Source: Bacteroidota bacterium (lineage in GTDB: Bacteria; Bacteroidota; Bacteroidia; NS11-12g; UBA955). From it: DNA of 64,000 nucleotides. Below are positions 18,758-28,390 of this stretch, piece after piece. The DNA is taken from contig JAURNR010000029.1 in NCBI GenBank assembly GCA_030830065.1, positions 2,710 to 66,709 of the forward strand. The letters run 5' to 3'. The position numbers were made by a program, and so were the translations under genes. The notes under the pieces were generated by a model. It ran no database searches. It was not told where the DNA came from and saw only the letters and a list, made by a program, of their open reading frames with translations. How positions within the stretch are numbered: position 1 is the first letter of the stretch; every line of letters begins with the position of its first letter.

Positions 18758-20188
18758 ATGTTTGTCGACAACTTCAATAAAACTAAAATCGTAGCGACCA
18801 TTGGTCCTGCCAGTAGCTCAGAAGAAAATTTAGAAAAATTAATTCTTGCAGGAGTAGATGTATGTAGATTAAACTTCTCGCATGGAGCACATGAGATCCA
18901 CAAAGAAGTTGCTGATCGAATCAGGAAAATAAATAAAAAATTAGGTACACATGTTGCAATACTTCAAGATCTTCAAGGACCGAAACTACGAATTGGCAAA
19001 GTTGATGGTGTAATCAACCTAGAAGCGGGGAAAACAATTCTAGTAACTACTGAAAAATCACTGTCAACTGCAGAAAAGCTTTCTGTAAGTTACGAAAAGC
19101 TAGCAATAGAAGCGCGTGTAGGTGACCGAATCCTTTTAAATGACGGTAAATTAGAATTAAAAGTTACCGAGATTATTTCTAATACACTACTGAATACCGA
19201 AATAATTAATGGTGGAGATTTAACTTCAAATAAAGGTTTTAACCTACCCAATACACTTATTAGTGCTCCTTGTTTAACTGAAAAAGACATCGCAGATCTA
19301 GAATTCGGATTGGAGTTGGATGTAGATTGGATTGCACTTTCTTTTGTCAGAACTGCAGAAGATGTAATTTTCTTAAAGAACTTAATCTCTCAAAAAGGTG
19401 GCAGAGCGAAGGTCATCGCCAAAATTGAAAAACCAGAGGCTATTGAAAACTTCGATAGTATTGTAAAAATAACTGATGCGGTAATGGTAGCAAGAGGAGA
19501 TCTAGGTGTGGAAATTCCTTTACAGAAGGTGCCTATGGTACAAAAACAGGTTGTTCAAAAATGTTTAGAAAACGCAAAACCTGTAATTATCGCTACACAA
19601 ATGATGGAAAGCATGATAGAAGATAGCATGCCTACGAGAGCCGAAATTACTGATGTTGCTAATGCAGTTTTAGACGGGGCAGACGCTGTGATGCTGTCAG
19701 CAGAAACATCAGTTGGTAAATATCCTATTCGAGTTGTAGAGATAATGAATAGTATTATTGCTGACATCGAAAAAGAAGAAGATGCTTATTACAAAGGTGT
19801 TAAACCAAACTCTAGTTCACCAACTTTTCCAAGTGATGAGATCTGCTTCACTGCCGTAAGAATGAGCGATCATTTGTCGGCATCTGCAATTGTAGGTATG
19901 ACAAAAAGCGGATATACAGCTTTTAAAATTGCGAGTTACAGACCTGAAGCTAACGTTTTTATTTTCACAGATAATGTACCTTTGTTAAATACATTAAATT
20001 TGGTTTGGGGAGTTCGAGGATTTCATTACGACAGATATGTTAGTACTGATGAAACTTTCGAAGATGTTATTAGAACTTTAAAAGATAACAAAGTTGCACA
20101 GATTGGCGATTTTGTTATTAACTGCGCCAGCATGCCCCTCAAAAAGAAGCAAAGAACTAATACAATAAAAATTAGTTTAGTTGAGTAA
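18758..20188 (+). CDS. pyk: pyruvate kinase
   Basis: TKIVATIGPASSS, CRLNFSHG, MVARGDLGVEIP and ATQMMESM are canonical PK motifs. The protein is 476 aa. Confidence 0.92.
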   Translation: MFVDNFNKTKIVATIGPASSSEENLEKLILAGVDVCRLNFSHGAHEIHKEVADRIRKINKKLGTHVAILQDLQGPKLRIGKVDGVINLEAGKTILVTTEKSLSTAEKLSVSYEKLAIEARVGDRILLNDGKLELKVTEIISNTLLNTEIINGGDLTSNKGFNLPNTLISAPCLTEKDIADLEFGLELDVDWIALSFVRTAEDVIFLKNLISQKGGRAKVIAKIEKPEAIENFDSIVKITDAVMVARGDLGVEIPLQKVPMVQKQVVQKCLENAKPVIIATQMMESMIEDSMPTRAEITDVANAVLDGADAVMLSAETSVGKYPIRVVEIMNSIIADIEKEEDAYYKGVKPNSSSPTFPSDEICFTAVRMSDHLSASAIVGMTKSGYTAFKIASYRPEANVFIFTDNVPLLNTLNLVWGVRGFHYDRYVSTDETFEDVIRTLKDNKVAQIGDFVINCASMPLKKKQRTNTIKISLVE

Positions 20189-20189
20189 T

Positions 20190-20702
20190 TTATCCTTTAG
20201 GTTTTTTATAAACGGGAACTGTACTACAAGGTTCTCCGTACATTATAGACTGAGCAATTGGCATTAGTTTTTCAGTAATCTTCATGTAAGCTGAAGGACT
20301 TACATGTACATCTCCACAACCTTTAATCACAACCCTTTCACCTTCATATTGTTTCCAATCTTCTTTTTCAATCTGTCTTGCCCACAATTCATTAGCCATT
20401 GCTTCAGGAGTCCCAAAATAAACAGAACGTGCAATTCCAGTTAATTTTGAAGAAATCAGCATAAAAGCCCATGTAGGAATGATTGCATCTACACTAGAAA
20501 AAATAGCAACATTTGCATTTTGAAACTGTTGCCAATTAAAATCTTTAACCAAAGCTCTAAAATCTTTCTCTTTTAAAACCATTTCCATAAACAAAGCTTG
20601 TTTGATGTCCCATGACATCATTTCGCCTTCAGGAATAATTTTTTCCAGATTTATAGTTTTAATTCCAGAATTAGCAACTCTATTGACTAATGCATCATCC
20701 AT
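20190..20702 (-). CDS. DUF2480 family protein
   Basis: LVNRVANSGIKTINLEKIIPEG...DIKQALFMEMVLKEKDFRALVKDFNWQQF resembles the Flavobacteriia DUF2480 family. Assignment is from recall only. Confidence 0.55.
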   Translation of the reverse strand: MDDALVNRVANSGIKTINLEKIIPEGEMMSWDIKQALFMEMVLKEKDFRALVKDFNWQQFQNANVAIFSSVDAIIPTWAFMLISSKLTGIARSVYFGTPEAMANELWARQIEKEDWKQYEGERVVIKGCGDVHVSPSAYMKITEKLMPIAQSIMYGEPCSTVPVYKKPKG

Positions 20703-20750
20703 AATTCAAATTTAACCACAAAAGGAACATCAGACAAAGAATACACGAAG

Positions 20751-21245
20751 TTAAATTTTACTCAAATGCAGAACTGTTTCACCCGGATTAGTGACTGGTG
20801 AAATTTTCAATAAGTCTATCGACTTGTAAGTGAATCTCCATGTTCTATTAAATAATTCAAACGGCTTTAGTCCAGAAATATTAAGTGTTAGTCTCGAATA
20901 ATCTTCATTAGTCTGCCACGTCCCCACATATTTTGTTCCATTTGCCAGTATTTCTAAGGGCCCGTTGAAAAAGGTTTCTTTTTTCAGGTTTATTTCGTAA
21001 TCGGCGTAAGTTGGAGTTATATTATTTCCTGTGCTATCGATAGCTAGAGTAATTTGGGTTGGTTTATTTAAAACATAATATTCAAATAAAAGACCTAGTG
21101 TATTTTGACTAGTATCCAAATCGCTGGTATCAATTTGTTGCGTATCATTATTCACAGTGTCAGTTTTTTTACAAGACCAATTAGGAATAAATGCTAAATA
21201 AATTAGCAATAACCAAACTGTAATTAAACCGCCGTATTTTAACAT
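20751..21245 (-). CDS. hypothetical lipoprotein
   Basis: Signal peptide with a Cys (FIPNWSCKK). 164 aa, beta-rich, no recognisable motif. Confidence 0.5.
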   Translation of the reverse strand: MLKYGGLITVWLLLIYLAFIPNWSCKKTDTVNNDTQQIDTSDLDTSQNTLGLLFEYYVLNKPTQITLAIDSTGNNITPTYADYEINLKKETFFNGPLEILANGTKYVGTWQTNEDYSRLTLNISGLKPFELFNRTWRFTYKSIDLLKISPVTNPGETVLHLSKI

Positions 21246-21319
21246 ATTACACCAAAACTATAATAAAATGAAATAATCTACAAATTGGAATTACGTCCTC
21301 ATTACTGCATTTTTGTTGT

Positions 21320-23128
21320 ATGATAAGGAAGGCCCTAATCCTGATAACTATATTTATGTTCAGTAGCAAAAGCAAATCACAGATCAACTACAAAGTAGAA
21401 ATTAACGCTCCCCACACGCATTATGCGCATGTTACTTTAGAATTTCCAGTAACTGCTGGAAGTCAAAATATTGTTGGAATTCCTGTTTGGACACCAGGAA
21501 GTTATCTAATTCGTGAATTTGCCAAGTCTATTGAATCAGTTTCAGTTAAATATCAAAATGGACATAGTATTAGAGTAAATAAATTAACAAAAAATCAATG
21601 GGAATTTATCTCCGAAAATGACGGAACTATTTCAGTTGAATATGATATTTATTGCCATGAATTTAGCGCCAGAACAACCTACATTAATGCAGAGCAAGCC
21701 CTATTAAATAATGCATCCTTGTTGATGTTTATAAAGGGCAGAGAAAATCAAGGCGGCTTTGTTGCCATTACTTTCCCTGAAAATTCTTGGAATAATACAG
21801 AATCTTCCTTGCCAAAGATCAAAGAGACATCTAAATCGGTAAGTTTTGAGTTTGATAATTACGATATTTTGGTTGACTCCCCCATTCAACTAGGTAATTT
21901 TGATACTTTTGATTTTGAAGTTGCCGGTGTAAATCATCGAGTTGCATTAGTAGGATATAACAATGCCGATCAGCAGAAATTGCGTAACGACATGAAAACG
22001 GTTTGTAGTACCATGTTCAATATTGTTGGAGAATTTCCTTGTGAACATAAACCGTGTAGATCTTATCTGTTTATTATTCAAAATGTTGAATCCGGAGGAG
22101 GTGGCATCGAACACTTAAATAGTACGGTTCTAGTCATGCCGAGACTAGCCTATGCCAATCCTAATAGATATCAATCATTTCTTAATTTAGTGGCCCATGA
22201 ATATTTCCATTTATGGAACGTAAAACGCATACGCCCTATTGAACTTGGACCATTCAATTACAACGAAGAAAACTACACGCACTCCCTGTGGGTAGCAGAA
22301 GGAATAACTTCTTACTATGATGAATTAGCTCTTTATCGAGCTGGCTATATAGAAAAAGAGGAGCTGTTAAATATCCTAGCAAAGTATATCAACAGACACG
22401 AAAACAGACCAGGGAAAGATTACAGCAGTTTGAGCGAAATGAGTGTAGACGCCTGGATAAAAGAGTATAGACCAAATGAGAATTCAGCAAACAGCACTTA
22501 CTCGTACTATTCAAAAGGATTTATTGCTGGTATGCTGTTGGATATGAAAATTTCAGAAGCGTCAGGAGGTAAAAACAATCTAGACGATGTATTTAGGAAA
22601 TTGTACAAAGAATTCTACTTGGCAAAATCTATTGGCGGTAAAATTGGAACTGGATATACTGTTGAAGAATTTGAATCAGTTTGTTCTAATGTTGCAGGTA
22701 GTGATTTGAGTACTTTTTTTGATCTTTGGATAAGAAGTAGTGTACAGCCAGATTATGCAGAGGCTTTTGACGCAGTCGGTGTAAATGCCATTATTAACAA
22801 CGTTGATTTGGCAGATTGGGGAGTTCGAACTAAATCGAATAAAGTAGAATATATTAATCGAAATGGCATGGCTCGAATAATTGGACTTAATGTTGGAGAT
22901 GAAATTTTATCATTAAATATGCTTCGCGTAAATGATGATCTAAATTCTCTTTGGTCATCATTGGGGCAGCCGAATGAAGTTGAAATTTTATATTCTAGAG
23001 ATGGCATTATTGGAAGAGCTTCTTCAAAAGATTTTAATCCACTGAAAAGTTTTGAAATTGAATTATCACCACAGGAAAATATGAGTTCAAAAAAGTTAAA
23101 GGTTCAAGGATCTTGGTTAAAACGATAG
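21320..23128 (+). CDS. M61 family (glycyl aminopeptidase-like) metallopeptidase with C-terminal PDZ domain
   Basis: Signal peptide, an HEYFHLWNVKRIRP zinc motif (HExxH) and a PDZ-like segment GLNVGDEILSLNMLRV. Confidence 0.8.
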   Translation: MIRKALILITIFMFSSKSKSQINYKVEINAPHTHYAHVTLEFPVTAGSQNIVGIPVWTPGSYLIREFAKSIESVSVKYQNGHSIRVNKLTKNQWEFISENDGTISVEYDIYCHEFSARTTYINAEQALLNNASLLMFIKGRENQGGFVAITFPENSWNNTESSLPKIKETSKSVSFEFDNYDILVDSPIQLGNFDTFDFEVAGVNHRVALVGYNNADQQKLRNDMKTVCSTMFNIVGEFPCEHKPCRSYLFIIQNVESGGGGIEHLNSTVLVMPRLAYANPNRYQSFLNLVAHEYFHLWNVKRIRPIELGPFNYNEENYTHSLWVAEGITSYYDELALYRAGYIEKEELLNILAKYINRHENRPGKDYSSLSEMSVDAWIKEYRPNENSANSTYSYYSKGFIAGMLLDMKISEASGGKNNLDDVFRKLYKEFYLAKSIGGKIGTGYTVEEFESVCSNVAGSDLSTFFDLWIRSSVQPDYAEAFDAVGVNAIINNVDLADWGVRTKSNKVEYINRNGMARIIGLNVGDEILSLNMLRVNDDLNSLWSSLGQPNEVEILYSRDGIIGRASSKDFNPLKSFEIELSPQENMSSKKLKVQGSWLKR

Positions 23129-23138
23129 TTCTGTTAAA

Positions 23139-24218
23139 ATGAATATAATTTCTAAAGGCGAATTATTAAATCTGACCCAACAGATTTTTGAACAAGCGGG
23201 TTTTACAGAAAAAGATGCTAATCATTGTGCAGATGTGCTGGTTTTTGCAGATGTTCGTGGCATAGATAGTCATGGAGTTGCAAGAATTCCAGGTTATTTA
23301 AGACTAATTGAAGCTGGAAGAATCAATCCTAATCCTAAATTCAAATGGAATATTAGAAAGAGTACTACAGGAACTCTTGATGCTGATGGAGCAATAGGAC
23401 TTATTTCTGCATCAAAAGCTATGGAAAGAACAATTGACATGTGTGATCAATTTGGTTCAGGTTGGATAGCGATAAAAAACTCAAATCACTTCGGAGTAGC
23501 TTCTTACCACGCTACTTTAGGATTTGCCAAAAAATATATGGGTTTTGCAATGACCAACGCAAGCCCACTAGTAGTACCGGCTGGTGGTAAACAAAGAATG
23601 CTTGGGACAAACCCTATTTGTATTGCCATCCCTGGAAAAGATGGCAATGACTTTATCCTAGACATGGCAACTTCAGCAGCTGCAAATGGGAAATTAGAAA
23701 TTGCCCAAAGGAGTGGACTAGGAATTCCAAAAGGATGGGCTATTGATAAAGATGGTATTGAAACCCAATCTGCAGATGCATTAAAAAATGGTGGAGCATT
23801 ATTACCCTTGGGGAGCAGTGATGAAACTGGAATGCATAAAGGGTTCGGACTAGGTAGCTGGGTAGATATTTTTTCGGGAGTTTTATCGGGCTCAGCATTC
23901 GGACCTTGGTGTCCCCCATTTGTTGCATTTTTAGAGTCCAAGCCTAATGCACCTGGTAAAGGTTTAGGTCATTTTATAGGTTGTTGGGATTTGGATGGAT
24001 TTCAAAATTCAGATGTGATCCAAGAAAATTTAAAAATTTGGAAAGAATCATTTATTCAAAGCGAACCTGTAAATTCTAAAATTCCTGTAATGGTTCCTGG
24101 AGATCCAGAAAAAAAACTTCAACAGAAACGAGAAAAAGAAGGTATTCCATTAAATTCGAACGTAATTAAAACATTAGAGAAAATTTGCTCCAAAAATCAT
24201 ATTAAATCACCGTTTTAA
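23139..24218 (+). CDS. Ldh_2 family oxidoreductase (malate/L-lactate/ureidoglycolate dehydrogenase type 2)
   Basis: DVRGIDSHGVARIPGYLRLIEAGRINP, NSNHFGVASYH and GTNPICIAIP are typical of the Ldh_2 family. Confidence 0.75.
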   Translation: MNIISKGELLNLTQQIFEQAGFTEKDANHCADVLVFADVRGIDSHGVARIPGYLRLIEAGRINPNPKFKWNIRKSTTGTLDADGAIGLISASKAMERTIDMCDQFGSGWIAIKNSNHFGVASYHATLGFAKKYMGFAMTNASPLVVPAGGKQRMLGTNPICIAIPGKDGNDFILDMATSAAANGKLEIAQRSGLGIPKGWAIDKDGIETQSADALKNGGALLPLGSSDETGMHKGFGLGSWVDIFSGVLSGSAFGPWCPPFVAFLESKPNAPGKGLGHFIGCWDLDGFQNSDVIQENLKIWKESFIQSEPVNSKIPVMVPGDPEKKLQQKREKEGIPLNSNVIKTLEKICSKNHIKSPF

Positions 24219-24439
24219 TGGAAAAACAACAAAGAAATAAACTTATTGTAGCAATTCTATTTATTTCATTAATCACAGTTGCATCTGTTTGGGCATATAT
24301 TACAATTCTCATGCCTGTACGAGAGTACCGTAAAACTACAGGTAAAAAGTATACACAAAAGAAAGCTTATAAAACAGAATACCTTAGAATTCAAGATTCC
24401 TTACTGGAGGCAAAAAAGCTCAAAAACCAGCGAAAATAA
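24218..24439 (+). CDS. small single-pass membrane protein, lysine-rich tail
   Basis: 73-aa ORF with one TM helix (LIVAILFISLITVASVWAYITIL). Its ATG shares one base with the upstream TAA. Confidence 0.4.
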   Translation: MEKQQRNKLIVAILFISLITVASVWAYITILMPVREYRKTTGKKYTQKKAYKTEYLRIQDSLLEAKKLKNQRK

Positions 24440-24461
24440 AATTCTTAGAGACTTGGTTACT

Positions 24462-25796
24462 CTACCCGAACCATTTCTCTACCAAAGATTTTGCAAATGT
24501 CTTATCATTAATCTTTTCTTCAAGATCGTTATCAATGATATGTTGAATGAATTTATCATTCTTCTCCCCCGCTAAAAGTGCCTCGCGATATGGGTCATTA
24601 CTGAAAGTTACACGCTCATATTGAGTTCTGTATTCACCGGGCAATGCATCAACTAACTTTTTCTCTATGGATTTTTTATGCAAGAAATCGGGTAACCCAA
24701 CTAAGTCTCTCATTTCAACAAAATTTTGTATTGCTAAATCTGCAATAGCATCCGCATTTGGCTTTCTGCTTTTTTGATACTCATTTAATATATTGTTCCA
24801 ATCACCACCAATTTCTTCAATACATTGATCTAAAATTACACAATCCTCAAATGAGCAGTTCATTCCTTGACCATAGAAAGGAACAATAGCATGAGCGGCA
24901 TCGCCCATTAAAGCTGACCTATTCTTAACCCAAGGGTAAGTTCTCATCGTTGATAAATGACCAATTGGGTTATTTCTAAAATCCTCTAAAAGTTTGGGCA
25001 TCATAGAAATAGAGTCTGGAAAATAGGTTTGGAAAAATTCCATTACTTCTTCGTCATTGTTTAAATGCTCAAAACTGACTTCCCCCTCATAAGGGAGGAA
25101 TAATGTACATGTAAAGTTTCCCCCAGGGTTGGGCAGGGCAATCATCATAAATGAAGAACGCGGCCAAATATGTAATGCTTTTTCTTCCATTTGAAAAGTG
25201 GAATTAGGACCAGGAACGATCTCCAATTCTTTGTAACCATGCGATTGATAGTCTTGAGAAAAATCATGTCGTGGGTTGCGAATCATAGCATCTCTCAATG
25301 CAGAAAATGCTCCATCCGTGGCTAAAAACACGTCTCCTTTAACATCATATTTTTCACCTTTTTCATTTTCAAAAGTTGCTATATTTTCATCCAAATTTAT
25401 ATTAACACACTTTTGATTAAAGTACATATGAATATTGGAATATTTATCTGCAAGTTGGAGTAGTTTGATATTCAACTCCCCGCGTGAAACAGAATAAATG
25501 GCTTGATCATCTCGACCGTATGCTTGGTAGTTCAAATCTCCAGAAACACTGTGCATCATTCTACCATACATCGGGATGGATATGGATAAAATTTCATCTA
25601 CGAGTCCCACTTTTTCAAGGGCAGTAATTCCTCGCGTAGAAAGTGCTAAATTAATACTTCTACCTCCTTGGTATTGACCAGTTCTCATATCATCTCGTCG
25701 TTCATAAAGATGCACCTCATAACCACGTTTAGCCAAATAAATTGACATTAAACTTCCCGCTAATCCGCCACCTACTAAAACAATTTTTTCACCCAT
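24462..25796 (-). CDS. kmo: kynurenine 3-monooxygenase (FAD-dependent)
   Basis: KIVLVGGGLAGSL (GxGxxG), GRSINLALSTRGITALEKVGL and LMGDAAHAIVPFYGQGMN are present. Start taken at the ATG of MGEKIVL (track: GTG at 25817). Confidence 0.8.
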   Translation of the reverse strand: MGEKIVLVGGGLAGSLMSIYLAKRGYEVHLYERRDDMRTGQYQGGRSINLALSTRGITALEKVGLVDEILSISIPMYGRMMHSVSGDLNYQAYGRDDQAIYSVSRGELNIKLLQLADKYSNIHMYFNQKCVNINLDENIATFENEKGEKYDVKGDVFLATDGAFSALRDAMIRNPRHDFSQDYQSHGYKELEIVPGPNSTFQMEEKALHIWPRSSFMMIALPNPGGNFTCTLFLPYEGEVSFEHLNNDEEVMEFFQTYFPDSISMMPKLLEDFRNNPIGHLSTMRTYPWVKNRSALMGDAAHAIVPFYGQGMNCSFEDCVILDQCIEEIGGDWNNILNEYQKSRKPNADAIADLAIQNFVEMRDLVGLPDFLHKKSIEKKLVDALPGEYRTQYERVTFSNDPYREALLAGEKNDKFIQHIIDNDLEEKINDKTFAKSLVEKWFG

Positions 25797-25861
25797 AGTT
25801 ACAAATTTAGCAATCACATTGAGGATTCCTTGAAAAATAATGCCATTTTTGTTTAATCAAG

Positions 25862-26485
25862 ATGCGTTTTTTTAGAACTCCAAAATGGTTTCGACTCTTA
25901 TGGCCTCAATATGAGTGGAACATTAAAAATGCAACAAAATCTATATATTTAACATTTGACGATGGCCCTCACCCCGAAATTACCCCTTGGGTGCTTGATG
26001 TGTTGGATAAATTCAATGCAAAAGCAACATTTTTTGTCGTTGGAGAAAACGCAAAAAAATATCCGCAAACTATTGATAAGATAATTGAAAAAGGCCATAA
26101 AGTAGAAAATCATACATTCCATCATGTGAAAGGATGGAACACCTCTATTTCAGAATATGAAAAAAACATTGTTGAGTGTGATAGCTGTATACCATATAGA
26201 ACCACGAAATATTTTCGTCCTCCGTATGGTAGGATTACCCAGAAACAAGGAAAACAGCTAATAAATAAAGGGTACCAAATAGTTATGTGGTCTCTACTTA
26301 CCTACGATTATGACAAAAAACTCAACCTTAAAAGAGCATCAAAAGCTATAAATTCCAAAACTCAGTCCGGCGATATTGTGGTTTTTCATGATAGTGAGAA
26401 AGCAGAAAAACAGTTGAAATTTCTACTCCCAAAGTATTTAGAAAATATTAATTCAAAGGGGTTTGAAATATTAAGTTTACCCTAA
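25862..26485 (+). CDS. polysaccharide deacetylase (CE4 / NodB homology domain)
   Basis: All core CE4 motifs are present: TFDDGP, HTFHH and RPPYG. Confidence 0.8.
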   Translation: MRFFRTPKWFRLLWPQYEWNIKNATKSIYLTFDDGPHPEITPWVLDVLDKFNAKATFFVVGENAKKYPQTIDKIIEKGHKVENHTFHHVKGWNTSISEYEKNIVECDSCIPYRTTKYFRPPYGRITQKQGKQLINKGYQIVMWSLLTYDYDKKLNLKRASKAINSKTQSGDIVVFHDSEKAEKQLKFLLPKYLENINSKGFEILSLP

Positions 26486-26494
26486 AAACTGTTT

Positions 26495-27634
26495 ATGGAG
26501 ATTTTGAAGATTCTTGAATTCTTGATATTTTTAATAGGTGTAAGTTACATTCTAATACAATGTTGGCAAACCATCACTCTGATACGATATAAATCTATAA
26601 ACACAGATTATCGGCGCAAAGAATCAGAACTTCCAACTGTCACTATTTTGGTTGCTTGCAGAAACGAAGAACACAACATTGAAAATTGTTTGCGATCGTT
26701 AATTGATCTAAACTACCCAAAAGAAAAATTAAAAATACTTGTTGGCAATGACCAAAGTGAAGATAATACATTAAAAATTGCTCGGCAGTTTGAAAGCAAA
26801 TATGATTTTATCCAGGTTATTGATATTCAAGAAGACTCTACTGGTTTAAAAGCAAAATCACGAGTGATGGCACAATTGGATAAGCATGCAGTAGGAGACT
26901 ATTATTTAGTTACAGATGCTGATGTATGTGTTAATTCCAATTGGATTTTAGGCTTACTATCAAATATGAACGAAGAAATTGGAGTTGCAAGTGGTACAAC
27001 GATGGTAAAATCTAATGGTATTGGAGGATTGTTTCAAGAAATTGATTGGGCTTATTTCATGGGACTATTGAATGTAATTTCCTATTCTGGTGTACCAGCC
27101 ACTGCTGTTGGTAATAATATGATTATTAGAAAAGATGCTTATTGGCAAACTGGGGGATATAGCAAAATACGTTTTTCAATTACAGAGGATTACAAATTAT
27201 ACAAGGAAGTATGTGATAAAGGATGGAAATGGAATAACATAATGAATAACGATGTGTTAGGTTATTCAGAAAAAACAAATGGTTTTATCCCATTATTACA
27301 TCAGCGAAAAAGATGGTTATCTGGAGGCAAAGAGCTACCATGGTATTGGTGGATATTGTTTGGGATTTATGGTGCATATTATTTTGTATCAGTTGCATTA
27401 GTTTTAATCTTTCTATTAAAATTTCCAGTTGATAATTATCTACTATTAATTCCGGTTATAAAGTGGGGATTACAAAGTATCCAAATCTTTAATATTTACA
27501 GACATTTATCTCAAAAGCCCCCTAACCTATTAAAATTAATTATTTATGAATTTTATTTAACCTTGATAACTATTTCAACGGCAATATTTTTTGTTCTTCC
27601 TGTAAAAACCAATTGGAAAGATAGGAAGTATTAA
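26495..27634 (+). CDS. membrane-bound processive family-2 glycosyltransferase (D,D,D,QxxRW type)
   Basis: GT2 core: ILVACRNEE, NDQSEDNT, VTDADV, ITEDY and QRKRW (27302-27316). It is flanked by N- and C-terminal TM helices. Confidence 0.75.
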   Translation: MEILKILEFLIFLIGVSYILIQCWQTITLIRYKSINTDYRRKESELPTVTILVACRNEEHNIENCLRSLIDLNYPKEKLKILVGNDQSEDNTLKIARQFESKYDFIQVIDIQEDSTGLKAKSRVMAQLDKHAVGDYYLVTDADVCVNSNWILGLLSNMNEEIGVASGTTMVKSNGIGGLFQEIDWAYFMGLLNVISYSGVPATAVGNNMIIRKDAYWQTGGYSKIRFSITEDYKLYKEVCDKGWKWNNIMNNDVLGYSEKTNGFIPLLHQRKRWLSGGKELPWYWWILFGIYGAYYFVSVALVLIFLLKFPVDNYLLLIPVIKWGLQSIQIFNIYRHLSQKPPNLLKLIIYEFYLTLITISTAIFFVLPVKTNWKDRKY

Positions 27635-27659
27635 TTACAAACTTTAAAATATTCAGGAT

Positions 27660-27676
27660 TTCCACAACATGTGGAA
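27660..27676. repeat. short perfect inverted repeat TTCCACA-aca-TGTGGAA between the GT2 gene and DUF4290-murA
   Basis: Read directly from the sequence. It lies 26 nt after the GT2 stop and ~50 nt before the next ATG. No T-run follows, so its role as a terminator is unproven. Confidence 0.5.
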
Positions 27677-27725
27677 TTGATTACCATAGATAAAACCAAT
27701 AAGTTCCTTTTAATTTGTATTTAAT

Positions 27726-28385
27726 ATGCAATCGATTCAAGAGGATTATAACACCCAACGTGAATTGCTAAAGATTTCAGAATACGGAAGAAGTATTCAA
27801 GACTATGTTCAACATATCAAAACAATTGATAGTAAGGAAGAAAGGACAAAATGGGTTGAAGCATTAGTCAGTGTCATGGCTACATTAAATCCGGAGATTA
27901 AAAAACAATCGAATTATCAAGAGGTTTTATGGGGTCATGTTTATCAAATTAGTGATTTTAGTTTAGATATTCATTCTCCATACCCCCTACCCACAGCGGA
28001 AGAAGTTCAAAGGAAACCTGCCGCTATTGGGTATCCAAACACCGTTATTAGATTTCGATTTTACGGGAGAAACCTCCAAAATATGATTGAAAAGGTTACT
28101 GAAATTGAGGACGAGAACCTGAAAGAAGATTTAGTTAACCTTATTGCTTCATACATGTATAATTCTTGTAAAATTTGGAATGATGAAAATCTAAGTAATG
28201 AAGTATTAGCTGAACACTTAAGTACCCTTTCAAGAGGTAAATTAAGAATTGCAGGAGCAGATCTAGTGGTATCAGCTGATGCAAGTAAAAACGTACACAA
28301 ACGGAATAATAATTTCAATAGAAATTCAAACTTTAGAAAAAATAAAAAGAACAATAATCGAGGTAAAAACTACCGTAGATATTAA
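27726..28385 (+). CDS. DUF4290 domain protein with basic N/R/K-rich tail
   Basis: YNTQRELLKISEYGRSIQDYVQHIK...ERTKWVEALVSVMATLNP plus the position directly upstream of murA match the Bacteroidota-typical pair. The tail is KRNNNFNRNSNFRKNKKNNNRGKNYRRY. Confidence 0.65.
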   Translation: MQSIQEDYNTQRELLKISEYGRSIQDYVQHIKTIDSKEERTKWVEALVSVMATLNPEIKKQSNYQEVLWGHVYQISDFSLDIHSPYPLPTAEEVQRKPAAIGYPNTVIRFRFYGRNLQNMIEKVTEIEDENLKEDLVNLIASYMYNSCKIWNDENLSNEVLAEHLSTLSRGKLRIAGADLVVSADASKNVHKRNNNFNRNSNFRKNKKNNNRGKNYRRY

Positions 28386-28390
28386 TATCC

